A stretch of DNA of 64,000 nt. Source: Geosiphon pyriformis uo1. Its lineage: Eukaryota; Fungi; Glomeromycota. Below the pieces are notes generated by a model. It was not told the DNA's origin. It did not search any database and worked only from the letters and a program-made list of their open reading frames with translations. Where the stretch lies: positions 1 through 64,000 of the forward strand of contig JAAOMT010000435.1 in NCBI GenBank assembly GCA_016748015.1, written 5' to 3'. A program made the position numbers and the translations under genes. Shown here piece after piece: positions 50,201 through 63,772 of this stretch (positions within the stretch are counted from its first letter, which is position 1; the number at the start of each line of letters is the position of its first letter).

Positions 50201-53200
50201 TAATATGAAGACTGGTCTGGGTTTGGAGACTAACTGTTTAGTTGACACTTGGGCAAAGTTGGACAATAATGAGGTGTCCAAGATTTGTACTATGATTAAT
50301 GAAGATGCTAAGATCATGGACATTGTATATTACATTTCAGTTGTCAAGAAAGGATATCGTAGGTCCAAATATCATGAATTAAAGGTTGTCAGAAATAATA
50401 CCATCAGAGTGGCTATGGCAAAGCATATGGAAAATTTCTGCTTGGATAAAGAAAGGATGATAAAAAGCATTTTAGATCGGCCCTTCAGGAAAGTAGTTTT
50501 CGATCATTTGATTGTTGAAGGTAAGCTTATTTTGGAGCCTCAGGCTGTCAAGTCTTCAGTCAATACTATAATGAAAGACTAGATAAGAAAGCATTTGGTC
50601 TCTGGTGTTCTTCTAGCTTGGTGGTTTGATTAATACACTTCTTTAGATTATGTTGCTAATAATGCATTCTCAGAGATTATGTGTGATATCAGTCTAGACA
50701 AACTTTTAGTGGTTGTCAAAGAATTGCCTGATAACAAGGCTGTTGGGCTTTCTAAAATTCCCAATGAACTTTGGAAGCACAGTGAATCTTTAATTCTCAA
50801 TGGTTTTCTAAGTATTCTTAATAGGTGTTTGAAATCTGGTTGTGTTCTCACACAGTGGAGAAAATCTTGGGTCTCCATAATTCCTAAACCATATGATTGG
50901 GAGGGTACTCTTACCAACACTAGGCCAATAGCATTGGTTAAAACCGCTCAAAAGATCTTGTCTAAAATTCTGTTAGACAGAATTTCTTTGGTTTGCAGCA
51001 GGTGTGACGTTTTGCATGGTAATAACTTTTTGGTGTTGAAGAGCACTTCCACACAATCCTCTATTTTTGCTGTTGGCTTAATTGTTGAAGATGCTTTGGA
51101 GAAGGATAGAGAGTTGTGGTTGGTTCTTCAAGATATGCACAAGGCTTATAATTCTGTTGATTGGACCCATTTGTGCAATAGTTTAGTTAGGATCAAAATG
51201 TGTTTCTGCTTCATAAGCTTCTTTGGTAGTATACACAATAGAAGGTTCAATCAGGTTATGACAGATTTTGGTCTGTTTGATGGTTATATTGTACATGATG
51301 ATTTAGATCAAGGGAAGGTGTTCTTACTACTTTTGTGGCAAATTTTTTATGACCCATTACTCTGTGAAATCAAAAAACATGAACAGTTGTATGGCTACAG
51401 AATGTGCTCAAATTTCTACACTAAGTCTGGTAGACCTGATATGAATAGTGGCAGTATTTCATTTTTCACTGCAGATGCCTTTGTTAATGACACAATTTGG
51501 ATTGGAAATTGCTTGAAAACAACATAGAACATTTTGAACATAGCTAGTGAGTTTTTTTCTATTAATAACATCTTTATAAATATTGAAAAGACTGTTGCTA
51601 TTCCTATTAACCAAGGTGTCCAGAAAGCTGATCTATTTATTAGTGAATTTAAAATTTCAGTGGCTAATAAGAATGAATTTTATCATTATCTGGGAATTTT
51701 TTTGTCGACTGAGGACCTGTCTAAGCTGAGTCTAGCCAAGGCCTATGCTGATGTCAGGTTTTTTTCAAATGTGGTTCTGAGAAAAGCCATTACTGAAAAA
51801 CAATTTTTGTATTTAGTTTTTGCTGTCCTGCAGCCTATTATTTGCTACAGACTTCAATTTAGCTTTGTATCTAAGAGTGTTTGTGAAAAATGGGACAAGT
51901 TGCTAAGAAGAAAACTTAAGCTAAAGACAAACTTGTCTAAAAACTTTCTTAGTGTGACACTACAGTATCCAGAGATGTATGGTCTGAAGCTTTTTGAACA
52001 GGTGTTCACTGAAAGTTTGATGGTCAACCTGGTCAACTTTAGCAATGTGGATGGAATTCTCAGCAGGTTTTTTGATCACAGGACAATGGACTTATAGGTG
52101 GCCAGCTGAATGCCTTGGCACCCTTTCTGTTTTCCAATCACACTATCTATTACTTCTTTGAATTGTTTTTTGGCTGGTGTGATGCACACTCTCACTTTGT
52201 GCAATACTTCCTTGAGTGGTGCCCTTCCAAATGTTTTCAGAATTGGGTCTGGTGTGCCAATCCTGGACATATTAGATGTGGATGGTTATTTGGATGCGAG
52301 AAAATATGGCCTTGTTTTCGCCAACCAACTGTTAGATTGTCATGACAAATGTTTCACTTGGAACACTTTTCGCAGATGAAAAAGGCTTGATTCTAGAGGT
52401 TTTATTCCTATCTGGTTTGTTTCCATTTCTGATTTCATCAAGTGTAGTGGTTTGAGCAATGACATGGCTACAGCATTTCATCCTGCTTCTGCTGATGTTG
52501 TTTATAATACTGGTTTTGTTTCTGAATGGTTGCTTGTTGCCGAGCGTGGCTCCATTAATGTGTACATGGATGGCTTTGTTAAGAGTTTGGGGTCTATTAA
52601 CGCCTGTGGTAGTGCTGCAACTTATTTCCCAAAAGCCAATGCAAACATTGATGTGAAAGTTTTTGGTTTATTGTTCTCTATACTAGTTAAGCTACAAGTC
52701 ATTACTTTAGTATTGGAATGTGTTCTCAACTCTAGTACAGTCACTTTGTTTATGAACAGTTAGGCTTCACTGGATATATACAAGTTTGAAGTGGGTGGTG
52801 TTGGTCCTGATTTTTGATGCAAATACTGAATTGAGAAAGAGCATATTTATCAAGCTATTTTAAATAAGAATTTATCAATCACATGAAGAAAAGTCAAAGG
52901 GCATTCAGGTATAATCGAGAACAAGCATGTGAATTTTTTTGCAAATACGGTGACTTTGTCCAAGTCTGTATTGGTCCTGAGTGTACTATGTCACTTCTTT
53001 AGTGTTGAAAACAGATCTGTTTCTGAGAACATGTATTATTTTGTTAGGAATTTGTTCAATGTCATCAATTTTGTCAGTTGGGAGTCCAAATTTGGTGCTG
53101 ACATTGCTGATATTAGTTTTTCTGGCAATGTAGACTCTTCCAAATCTTTCAGTGTTTAGCACCCTAATGGTGGGATTTGCTCTGATTATACCAGTTCATC

Positions 53201-53987
53201 TTCTGCTTCTCTGTGATCTTACCTTATAAAATCTCTGCATTGTCGTCTGCTGGTTGCCATAAAGAAAAAATTGTATGATTCTAAATATTTTAGCATAGTG
53301 TGCATTAGGTGTGGTGTGGTTGAAGTCTCTGATCACCCATTTTTGTGTAAGCATAACAACATTGCCAGACTAAATATACTGTCAAATATTGGTGTGAAGT
53401 GGTGTAAGACGGCTGGTGTATTTGCTGAAAAAAATAGGGTAATGCAATCCTTAAAGGAAGTTGAGTCTTTTAACAGCCTATATATGTTGTTGGCCAAGGG
53501 ATTTGTACTAAAAAGCTGGATGTCAGATGCTGTCCTATGTTTTGGTTCGGCTTCTGGTGGTGACTTAATAGTCAAGTTGGTCCGTAATCTTACTGAGAGT
53601 CACAGATCTGATATTTGGTTGCCTGCTGCTAAATTGAGAGCCTTTTATGAGAAGCATGGTCTTTTGCCACATAATGGATCTGCTGTGCCATCAATTAATA
53701 GTCTGTTAGGTTTGTGGGATGCTAGTGTTATCCACAGCTTCGGTTTCAGATTGGGTGTTTATTTGTGTTTTGGTTTGTGTTTTCGCCTCACTAAACTGGA
53801 CTTTGGTTTCTTGAATAGTATACTTTTAATAGATCCTACATGTGTATAATGCTGTCTTGACTGGGCCGAGTATTCAGTCATGTATAGAAAAGACATGAGC
53901 CATATTTAATTTGAAATTTTTTTGATTTTATGTATTTAGGTAATAGTTAGACTGCACTTGTTAAACTTGAAATAAAAAAATAAAAAA
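47247..53987 (+). mobile_element. Full-length LINE (ORF1; ORF2 = APE endonuclease, RT, RNase H, CCHC), inactivated
   Basis: TSD AATAATGTAAAAAAA(A)C at 47231-46 and 53988-54004, plus an A-rich tail. Motifs: METKLK, GAGVAI, SDFN, IDHVF, TDH (endonuclease); TNTRPIAL, QDMHKAYNSV, AFVND (RT); VYMDG and KVKGHSG (RNase H); CIRC...H...C. Confidence 0.95.
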
Positions 53988-55898
53988 AATAATGTAAAAA
54001 AAACATAATAATTTTTTTTTCAAGATTTTTGTTAATATTAATTTTTATAATATGTATAAAATTTTTTTTATAAAGACAAATTATTTAAAATTTACTTATT
54101 TTACAATATTTAAATTAAAAAATTTAATTATAATTTTTTTATAATTTAATAAGTTGTATTTTAATTAATATTATTTAATTAAACTTAGAAAAAATAAATT
54201 TTACAGCTATTATAAAACTATTAATAAAAATTTTCTTAATAATTATCTTTTAATTATATAAATATTTATAATAATAATATTTTTTATAACTAATAACTTT
54301 ATTTTATTTAAATTTAATTTAAATATAAACATAAATATAATAATTTTTTTAAAAGTATATTATTATTAAGTTTAATTATTTTAATTATATTAACTGATTT
54401 TTTTAAAAATAAAATATTAATACTAAAATTTTTGATTTTTTTATTAAATTTATGTTTAATACTATTTCTTTTTTCACTAAAGTAAACTCTTTTTTAACTT
54501 TTTTTTGGTTATAATTTTAGTAGTAATATTTGTTGTTTTTGGTTTTTTAAATTAAGATATATTAAAAAATAGCTTAAAAAAAAGAATTAAATATAAAATA
54601 ATATTGTTTTTAATAATTAAAATTAAAAATATTTAATTATAATTATATATAAACAATATGTAATTCTATTTATTTAAGTATATATATATTTTATCTTAAT
54701 AAATTGTAATTAAATTATATTTGTATAAGCATAAAAAATTAAAATGACTAAAAATACATAATTTAAATTTATAATAAACTTATATAATTAAAATAAATAA
54801 TAAAGACCATATTTTGTTAAAATAAAATAAAATTAAATAAAATTAAATATTAGGTTTAACTATATTTATAATTATTTAATTAACATATTTAAAAAAATTA
54901 AAGTTAAAATGCTTAAAATTATTAATTTAATTAAAATTATAGAAAAAAATATATTTTTAATAATTATATTAAACAATTTTTTTTAGAATAAAATTTTATT
55001 TTATTTTATAAAAGATTTATGTGTAAATTAAGTTTTTATTTAAATTAATTAATTTAAATTATATTAATAATTTTTATGTTTTGTTAAAATTAAATTGGTA
55101 TTTTGTAAATAATTTTTAAATATAATATACTAATAATTTAACTGTAAATAAATTAATTCAACAAATTAATCAAGTATTTTAAACACTAAAATGAAGAAAT
55201 TACAATAAAATCAAACAAAATAAAAATATATTATTATTATTTAATTTTTTTTATTACGTTTAACGAGTGAGGTCCAAACTTATTATTTAATGTAATTATT
55301 TAGGTTGCAATCTTAATTTAAATAAAAAATCAATTATTTTTTGTATGTTTTATTATGCATAGTTATATTTTATGTAATTATAGCTTTTTTTAAATACATA
55401 AAACTATATTTTTTCAATTAGATAAGCATAATAAAATACCCTTTTTAAATCTATTAGATTTAATGCATTAAGTTCAAATAAGTTTAGTTTAATAATTAGA
55501 AGCAAAAAATCATTGTTACATTTTTTGTTTTGAGTATTAGATTTTTTAACTTTTATTTTCTTTCCTGAAGAAAAAAAAGATTATTCAAGTTATTAATTTC
55601 TGGTCTTTTCAGCAATTTTATCCTTCAATGCGGCTTTTGACTTAAAGAGTTTACCTTTTTTTTTGAAATTGCAAGAGAAATCACCGCACAAATAGCAAAT
55701 TTTCCTTTTTACCTTGAGAGAAGTATCATACAATATATGTTGCGTTTCATCTTAAATCACTTTTAATTTTTGCTGTAATCTTGATCGTCAACCGATTACG
55801 GAAATTTTTTTGCTGCTTTCATCTCAGCAGTCGGTTATTTTTTTTCAAACCGAAGATATCTTTCCTAGTTAAAATCTTCAAGTTTTTTCCCTGAAATA

Positions 55899-57568
55899 AT
55901 GGCCGAGACTCTCTCGCTTCGTGGGGCTTTGCAAGGTATTCATTTTCCGTTGTGTTAAAGAATGTCTTTGCTTTCCTGAGTAGCATTTTAAATCTTTTTC
56001 TTCGACTAGGTCATTCCGGTTGGGTGACTGCAATTGGTAGGTAAAATTTGGTTTGATGTACTGAGAAATTATTTACTGACTCTATTGGTAATTGTTTGAC
56101 ATTGCTTACTTACTTTTGACTTGGTTCCTCTTTTCTCTCACTAGCCACCACCTCCGAGAACCCAGATATGATATTATCAGCCTCTCGTGGTATGCGAAAT
56201 TTTCACATTAGTTACGCTTGGATATAGTCTTATCATCCCCTAAAAATTGATTGTATTGTTTTTTTTATCAATAAATGGATAATTTAGACAAGACAATCAT
56301 TGTGTGGCATCTTATCCGTGATGAGACCAATTATGGTGTCCCACGTAAAGCACTCACCGGTCACAACCACTTTGTTCAAGATGTGGTTATCTCATCTGAT
56401 GGTCAATTTGCCTTGTCCGCTTCATGGGATAAGACTCTTCGGTTGTGGGACTTGAATACTGGAACAACCACTCGACAGTTTGTTGGTCATGAAAAAGATG
56501 TGCTTTCTGTTTCATTCTCTCCGGATAACAGACAAATAGTGTCCGGGTCACGGGACAAAACAATCAAATTGTGGAATACTTTGGGCGAGTGCAAATTCAA
56601 TATTCAGGAAGATGGTCATTCTGAATGGGTCTCTTGTGTAAGATTTTCCCCGAATCCATCTAATCCTGTCATAGTTTCATGCGGTTGGGATAAATATGTC
56701 AAGGTAAACTTAATTGTGGATTTCAATTTTCAATTATTTAATTTATTCTAGAGACTCGATAATCAACTAGCATATATTAGATTTCATTGAGATCAAATCC
56801 AATCAATATGAATATTAAACTAGACTTTCAATAATATAGGTAAATACGGATAAATTCTGGCTAAACAGGAAGCCTTACCGATCAGATGGAATGATGTTTA
56901 TTTTATAATATTTGCTACTTCAGAGGAAGCATTAATACTTCCCGTGAGACGAGAAATCCATATAGATTCTGACCCATATTTTTCATAGTGTTCCAAGTTT
57001 TGAACTTACAAATTTTCACTTACAATTAATATAAAATTCTTTCTTATTTTAGGTTTGGGAGCTAACAAAATGCAAGCTTCGAACCAATCACATTGGACAT
57101 ACAGGCTACATCAACACCGTCACTATTTCTCCTGATGGCTCTTTATGTGCATCTGGTGGCAAGGACAGCATTACTATGTTATGGGATTTAAACGAAGGGA
57201 AACATTTGTATTCTTTAGAGGCTGGTGATATCATCAACGCATTAGTGTTTAGTCCGAATCGTTATTGGCTATGTGCTGCTACCTCTTCTTATATCAGAAT
57301 TTGGGATCTTGAGACGAAGATAGTCGTCGATGATTTGAAAGCAGCTTTTGAAAATGAAAGAGAAAATAAAAAGGATCAACATCAATGTATCTCCCTTGCT
57401 TGGTCTCCCGATGGAACTACTTTGTTTGCTGGATATACCGGTCTGTTTATTTTAATACTAAGTATTCTATCAAAATCTCGGTTATTAATTCTTGTTTTCT
57501 TTTTCTCCGTCATCCTTCCCGATTTATTAGATAATCAAATTCGGGTGTGGCAGGTAACTAGGTCCTAG
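55899..57568 (+). CDS. RACK1: RACK1 / Asc1 / Cpc2 WD40 ribosomal scaffold; exons 55899-55935, 56010-56036, 56145-56189, 56288-56703, 57053-57440, 57531-57568
   Basis: [23 protein letters not shown]...[19 protein letters not shown]...[21 protein letters not shown]...[12 protein letters not shown]...DNQIRVWQV. Confidence 0.98.
56886..56977 (+). ncRNA. U24: Box C/D snoRNA, U24/snR24 family, in RACK1 intron 4
   Basis: C box ATGATGT (56891-97), guide ATATTTGCTACTT with D' CAGA (56921-24), C' GTGAGA, D box CTGA (56969-72), terminal stem ATGG/CCAT and internal stem GGAAG/CTTCC. Yeast snR24 lies in the ASC1 intron and has the same 5' guide. Confidence 0.9.
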
Positions 57569-58974
57569 TTTAATTTAAATGTATTAAGTACAATGAATAG
57601 CCTAAAAAGTACCATCCCGTTATTAACCTAAGAAGGCGATAATAACATCTCAATTTAAAATAGAAAATATTTATATAGATTGCAATTGACCCTTTTGCAT
57701 GGTTAATTAGGAGCTGGCTCAGCGATGATCGAAAACATGCTTCTACCTCGAGTATTTACCTTAATTTGATTGTTTTGGTTTCACAACTGAATGACATAAT
57801 AGTGTGTAAGCAACCTTTAACGTGATCGGCTTAATCTTCCCTTGCTTTGAGTTTGATTAAATGTTTCATTTTCGAATTTTTGTCCCTGGGTTTCATGCAA
57901 GCTTTTCTTTTGCTGTTTTACATTTTGGATTTTTGCTTTAAAAATATGAATTAAAAAATATGCTCGAGAGATGAATAATTTTTTGTCGAATGAAATTTAA
58001 CGTCAAAGTTATCAAAAAAGGTAATTTTAATTGGCATAAGTGGCTGGTCACATAGTTATTGCGTGATCCATATTTAATGTATGAACATAAGTTTACATGG
58101 AAATAATTATTAGTTGAACTACACCATTAACAAAAAAAAATCAGATATAAACACAAATTTAATAATATATTTAAATTTTGAAGAAATAGTAGTTTTTTTT
58201 TTTAATTTTTAATTTACAAGTATAATAAATATTGTAATTAAATTATACAAATTTCTAAAATTTATAACAGTAGCAATTTTAAGTAGTTTAAGCTAAAATT
58301 TATATTTTATATAATTAAATTAGAATTTGCAAAATTTTATTAAAATAATAAGTTTATTTAAATTTACATTGATTTTTAAAAAATTAACAAGTATTTTAGT
58401 AAAAAAAAAGTATTAAATATAAAATAATTTTACAAAAAAGTTGTATAAAAAAAGTATTTTATAACATTTAACAAAATAATAGTTTCAATATTTAAAATAA
58501 ATACAATTTATAAATCTTTTTTTTTGCTAAAAACAAATAATTTGCACATGTTTAATTACTAACTTTAAACATATTAGCTTTTATTTAAATTATTAAATTT
58601 AAGATAATAATTATTATAAAAATTTTAAATATTAAATATTTTATTATTAAGTTTTGATATTTTATAAAAACATTTAAATTTGTACAAATTAATAATTAAA
58701 TCAGAATTTAAATTAATTATGAATTTTTAAAATATAATTTAATATATTTAAAATTTTTATTATTGAAAATAATTATTTTTTTGTTGTAATAAATATGATT
58801 TAATTATTAATTATAATTTCAAAATTATTTTATTTTATAAATAGTTATAACTTATATTTTTTTATATATAACCAGTTATTTAAGTTAATCAAATTAAATT
58901 ACATTAAATTTACCAAAACAAATTTATTGAATACTGTTATTTTCTATATAATTGCAATTAAATTATTATTATTA

Positions 58975-59881
58975 TTAGGTTTATTGAAAATTTTAATTAT
59001 TTTTTTTAATATTGTTAATATTAAATTTATTATAAATACTATTGTTAATAAAAACTATTAAATTTTTAATAGGTTATTTATTTTAAAAGTATTTTTTATA
59101 CTTAAAACTATATAATATTAAACTTATAATAAAATAAATAATTTTATATTAATAAATTTATATAGTTATTTTGTTTTAAAAGTTTATTTTTTTATAGCAA
59201 TTTTTAATAGTAAATTTTTTTAAAAATATGTACTTATTTTGCTATAAAAATTATTTTTTTTACAAAAATCTTAATTTTAGACTTTTTAATAATATAAAAA
59301 AAACCAAAAATAATTTTATTAAAAAAAAGATATTTTTTATTTAAATTTAAAACAACTAAATTATTATTGTAAATAATAATTAATTAATTTGACATAATAG
59401 TTAAATTAGTAAATTTAAAATCATTAATTATAAAAGAAGTTTGGTTTTTAAAATATAACTTTATTTTATTAATTTATAGTAATTAATTAATTAATTTTTT
59501 ATTTAATATATTTTTTTATATATATTTGGTTATAATACAATTTATTTATTTTTGCTAATATTTTTATAAACTTTTAGAAAACTAAATGTATATTTTAACA
59601 AATTACAAATTATTTTAATAAATTATTAAATAAATTATTAAACTTTTAAATATTTTGATAAATTTTTGAATATTATATAATTTAAAATATTACATAATCT
59701 AATTATTATGTTTAATAACATTTGTGTATTATACAAATTAAATTATTAATTAAATAATAATGTTTAATAATTTGACTAAATAATAATAATAAAAATAATA
59801 ATAATCTTATATATTAATTAATAATAAAAATTATAAGAGTAATTTTATATTAATTAATAATTAAATTTCCATTTAGTAATA
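58975..59881 (-). mobile_element. Very decayed LTR of the 18036-22041 family
   Basis: Loose reverse-complement match to both ends of 21275-22041. Termini and TSD are not clean. Confidence 0.5.
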
Positions 59882-60829
59882 TTAAAAACAAAACCAGTTA
59901 ATTATTATTATCTAGTAAAAATTACGAATTTGAAAATTTTTAAAATACCTGATATTATATTATTTGTTAATTTCTAATATTTAATTAATTATTTATGCTA
60001 TATATTAATTATTACTTATTTTTTTTATATTATTTTATAAGTAATAATGTGTAAATCTAAATTAAACAATTTTATATCTGATTTTCGAAACAAATATTGG
60101 TTAAAACATTATTATATCATTCTAATTATTAAGAAAATTTTTTTTTTGAAAATTAAAATAAGATCAAAAATTATTTAATATAATTAATAATAAAATAGTT
60201 AATATTATAATTAATAAAAATATTAATTTTCTATTTTTTTTGTTATATATTGTTTTTAAAAAATACTTAATTGCTTTTAATAATTTAATAATTTTAAATA
60301 ATACTAGAAGATTTGTTTATTATATTTATAAATTAATCACATATTTTAAAAGATTAATTCAAAAACCAGATTTATTAATATGTTAATTATTAAAAATATT
60401 AATTAAAAACTTATATTTATAATATAATATTTTGATTTATACATATTAATTAAGCATATTAACCAAATTTTTATTGATTTATGCACATTTATTATAAAAA
60501 TTATACACAAAAAACCACTAATTATTGTTTAAAAAAACTTTATATTTAAGTATTAAATATATAAATTATAATAAAATAAAGTTCTATAATTATATTTTTA
60601 TATATATAATAATTAATAATACTTTTTAAATAGAATTATTTAATTATTTTAAGTTATAAAAATTTTAATCTAAATTTTTAATCTAAAATTTTTATTAATT
60701 TATTTATGATATTTTAGTTTTTGTATAATTATACTAATAATAATTAACTATATATAATTTTTTATAAGAATTTTATTTTTAAAAGCTAATATTAATAATT
60801 TTTGATAATATTATAAACATATATAATTG

Positions 60830-61184
60830 CCATATATTAAACATAGATTAAATTTGAAATCATATAATTTGTTGTTTAATAATATTGGTTTTTTGTTAAT
60901 ATAAATAAATTTGTATGTTTTTATTTAGAAGTATTATCTAATTATTAAGTATTTAAGAAAGTTTTTTATTTGTTTTTGGTTTTAAAATAAGTTATACTTT
61001 TTTTCGAATATTAATACTAGTGTTTCTGTTTTTATAAGCATATAATATAATTTTGATTAACTTAAATAATTAATTACATGTAATTATTATATAAGTTATG
61101 TTTATTTTAAAATATTTATTATTGTATTATAATAGATAGTTATTGAGTTTTACTCATTAAATAAATAAATAAATAAATAAATAA
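60830..61184 (+). mobile_element. Decayed LINE 3' end with (TAAA)n tail
   Basis: Remnant of ...SVHISA* (GTTTCTGTTTTTATAAGCATATAA), a 3' UTR like 12180-12300 and a (TAAA)n tail. Confidence 0.6.
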
Positions 61185-61368
61185 TATTAAAATAAGTATT
61201 TTATTTTTTGCTTAATAATAATTATTGTATTTTAAGTTTTAATAAATTTAAAAATTTATTAAATAACAATATAATTAAAACAAAAAACCGAAATTGAAAA
61301 AATTATTTTTTAAAATTTCAAAAAATTTACTGTTGTTATTTAAAAATAATAAAAATAATAAAAATAAA

Positions 61369-61370
<2 letters not shown>

Positions 61371-61416
<46 letters not shown>

Positions 61417-61430
61417 TATTATTATTATTA
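61371..61430. repeat. (AAT)n microsatellite flipping into (ATT)n
   Basis: Directly visible. Confidence 0.9.
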
Positions 61431-62190
61431 CAAAAATTTAATACAAATTTATTGTTAAAACTTTTATTAAATGTAAATATAATATTAAGATTATTTTTGG
61501 TTTAAAAAATTTTGAACGAAAAATTTTTTCAGTTAAAAGCAAAAAAAAATGAGTTGACAATAATTAAAAACTGCTTTAATTTTGTATTATTTAAAAATAC
61601 TTTTAAATTATTATTATTATTATTATTATTAAAACTTTTTATTTGTTGTTTTTTTTTTAGTTATAAATAGCAAAAATACTGTTGTTTTTTTTTTGCATTG
61701 GTTGTAAACATAAAATTAATAAGATTAGAAAACCAAAAAAGTAATTCAATATTTTTTTAGTAAAATATTGAATAATAATAATAATATTTTTATAATATTT
61801 TTAATTTAAATAATAAATTTTAAAAATTTTAGTTTTTTACAATGCAAAAGTTTTTGTTTAATTAACCAAACCCAAAATCATGTTTATTCAATTTTATTTT
61901 ATTAATACAGTTGATAAAAAATTAATTTTTAAGTTTATTAGATTTTAAATAATTAATTTTTATTTACATCAATAAAATAAAATAACATAAAATAAAATAA
62001 AGAGTTCAAGAAATAATTTTAAATTGGATTTTGTTGATATTATTAATTGTTGGGCAATTAAGTTAGGTGTAAATAGTCAAGTATTCAAATTTTATGTAAA
62101 ACTTTAAAAAAAAAAATGAAAAAAAGTAATTTCCAATTGATGATACAATTTAAATCTCGTACCGTGAACTAACCAACTAATCACAACCAA

Positions 62191-62240
62191 CTAACTAATT
62201 AACTAACTAATTAACTAACTAATTAACTAACTAATTGACT
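62191..62240. repeat. Tandem 12-mer (CTAACTAATTAA), about 4 copies
   Basis: Directly visible. Confidence 0.85.
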
Positions 62241-63083
62241 GACTGATTATTGATTAGTTATTTCAATATCATATCTTTCCCTATCTGGCAATGAATAAGG
62301 CTTTAAATAATATTGTTGTTAGTGTTTGTGGCTTAATTCTTGTTATGTTTTTCCGCGATACAAGTTACTTAGATTGAGAGTCACATTAAGAACGGGGAAT
62401 CGTGGATTTTCTTGATTGGCTGAAAAAAAAAAGTAATAGTTAAATTTTTAGGTTTTTTTTAGGTTTTTTCTTCAGTCCCTTAAATAACTTTGAATGAGTA
62501 AAAAATTGTACCAGATCGTTTTATGTATTAATCAAATCTATAAATCAATAAAGTTATTCTAATTATCTTCCTCTTTTAATAATTAGGTCAATAGATTCAG
62601 TTAGCAGGAAAAGATAGGCTTCAAGACTGTACAGAATCTTTAGAAATTGATGTTGAGGAAAAATTTTGGGCAAAAATTTACAGATAAAGATCAATAATTT
62701 AATAGATGAGTCAATATCCAAAAATTTTCAACATCTTTCTGCAAAATTAATGACAAGAAAAAAAATGAGAATTCAAAAAAAAAACCATTATTAAAAAAGA
62801 ATCTCATATAAATTATAAAAACTTTCACACGACTACGACTATTTTTGTAATCAACTACAACTATTAATCAACTTTGTCAATACAATAAGATTTATCATAA
62901 ACATGAAGAAAGGGTTTGTAGACAAAGGATACAAAGATAATCAATCCATTATTTCTAAAATTATTTCAAACTGTGACAACAGTAGGGGGGGCAGCATTTT
63001 TTTAAAGAAAATTGGTAACATACGAAGTAAAGTGTTCAAAAATGATTTTGGAGAAAAAATTTTTGCTGGTATTTTTAAATTAT

Positions 63084-63772
63084 TTATACTATGTAGAGAA
63101 CGGTAAGGGCAATTAAGATTAGAGGAGCGAATAGATTATAAATAATAGGCATGGAACTTGCAGCGTTGTTTGAGTTAGTGTTGATGTTACCGCCAGTTGC
63201 TCTGAAATGATAAGTGAGGAATTGTTAGGGGATCATTTAAAGATATATCTCTATCTCAATTTCAATTTCAATTTCAAAATCTCTTCCGAATCCTTACCTT
63301 GGAGATGTGGAAGTGGTGGTTGTGGATGAAGATTTTGAAGAACCAGCTGAGGAAGAGGTGGGAGAAGAAGATGAGGAACCAGAACTAGAAGAGGTGTTAG
63401 AAGTAGTGCTACCTTTACCAGTGCTAGTCGAAGGTCCGTTGGATTTAGAACCGCTGCTGCTGCTGCTGCTATTATTGTTATTATTATCATTATTGTTGGA
63501 GGAATTTGAACCGGCAGTGATTTGGAAATCACCAGAGTAGACATTTTGACTAGTACCCTGTAAAATTAAATTGTAAGTTCCTGGATCGGCATCCACGTTC
63601 CATTGATATGATCTTTGGTTGAGGAGAACATCTGACAAGAGTATTTGGCTATTCCCTGTATTCTTGTTACGGAGAAGGAGAGATCCTTTGGCATCATCTG
63701 GACCATCCCATGTCCACGTAATTGCTACTTTACTTCCTTTTGGTTGATTAAATGGTGTATTGATACTCAATT
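63084..63772 (-). CDS. Ser/Thr-rich, probably GPI-anchored surface protein (Kre9/Knh1-like N-terminal domain); first exon uncertain or outside the window
   Basis: Exon 63772-63298 (LSINTP...AITWTW...SYQWNV...PGTYNL...YSGDFQI plus a Ser-rich stalk) splices to a last exon ending NAASSMPIIYNLFAPLILIALTVLYIV*, a hydrophobic GPI-signal-like tail. Confidence 0.8.

Noticed and set aside
62170-62260. CTAACTAATTAA repeats as interstitial telomere
   Set aside because: Not TTAGGG-like, few copies, simple tandem repeat.
62903-63540. Plus-strand ORFs 62903-63106 and 63307-63540 and other short antisense ORFs over genes and TEs
   Set aside because: Shadows of low-complexity or real coding sequence on the opposite strand.
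514-63772. U12-type minor introns
   Set aside because: No RTATCCTT donor at the intron boundaries I resolved. Not every boundary was checked.
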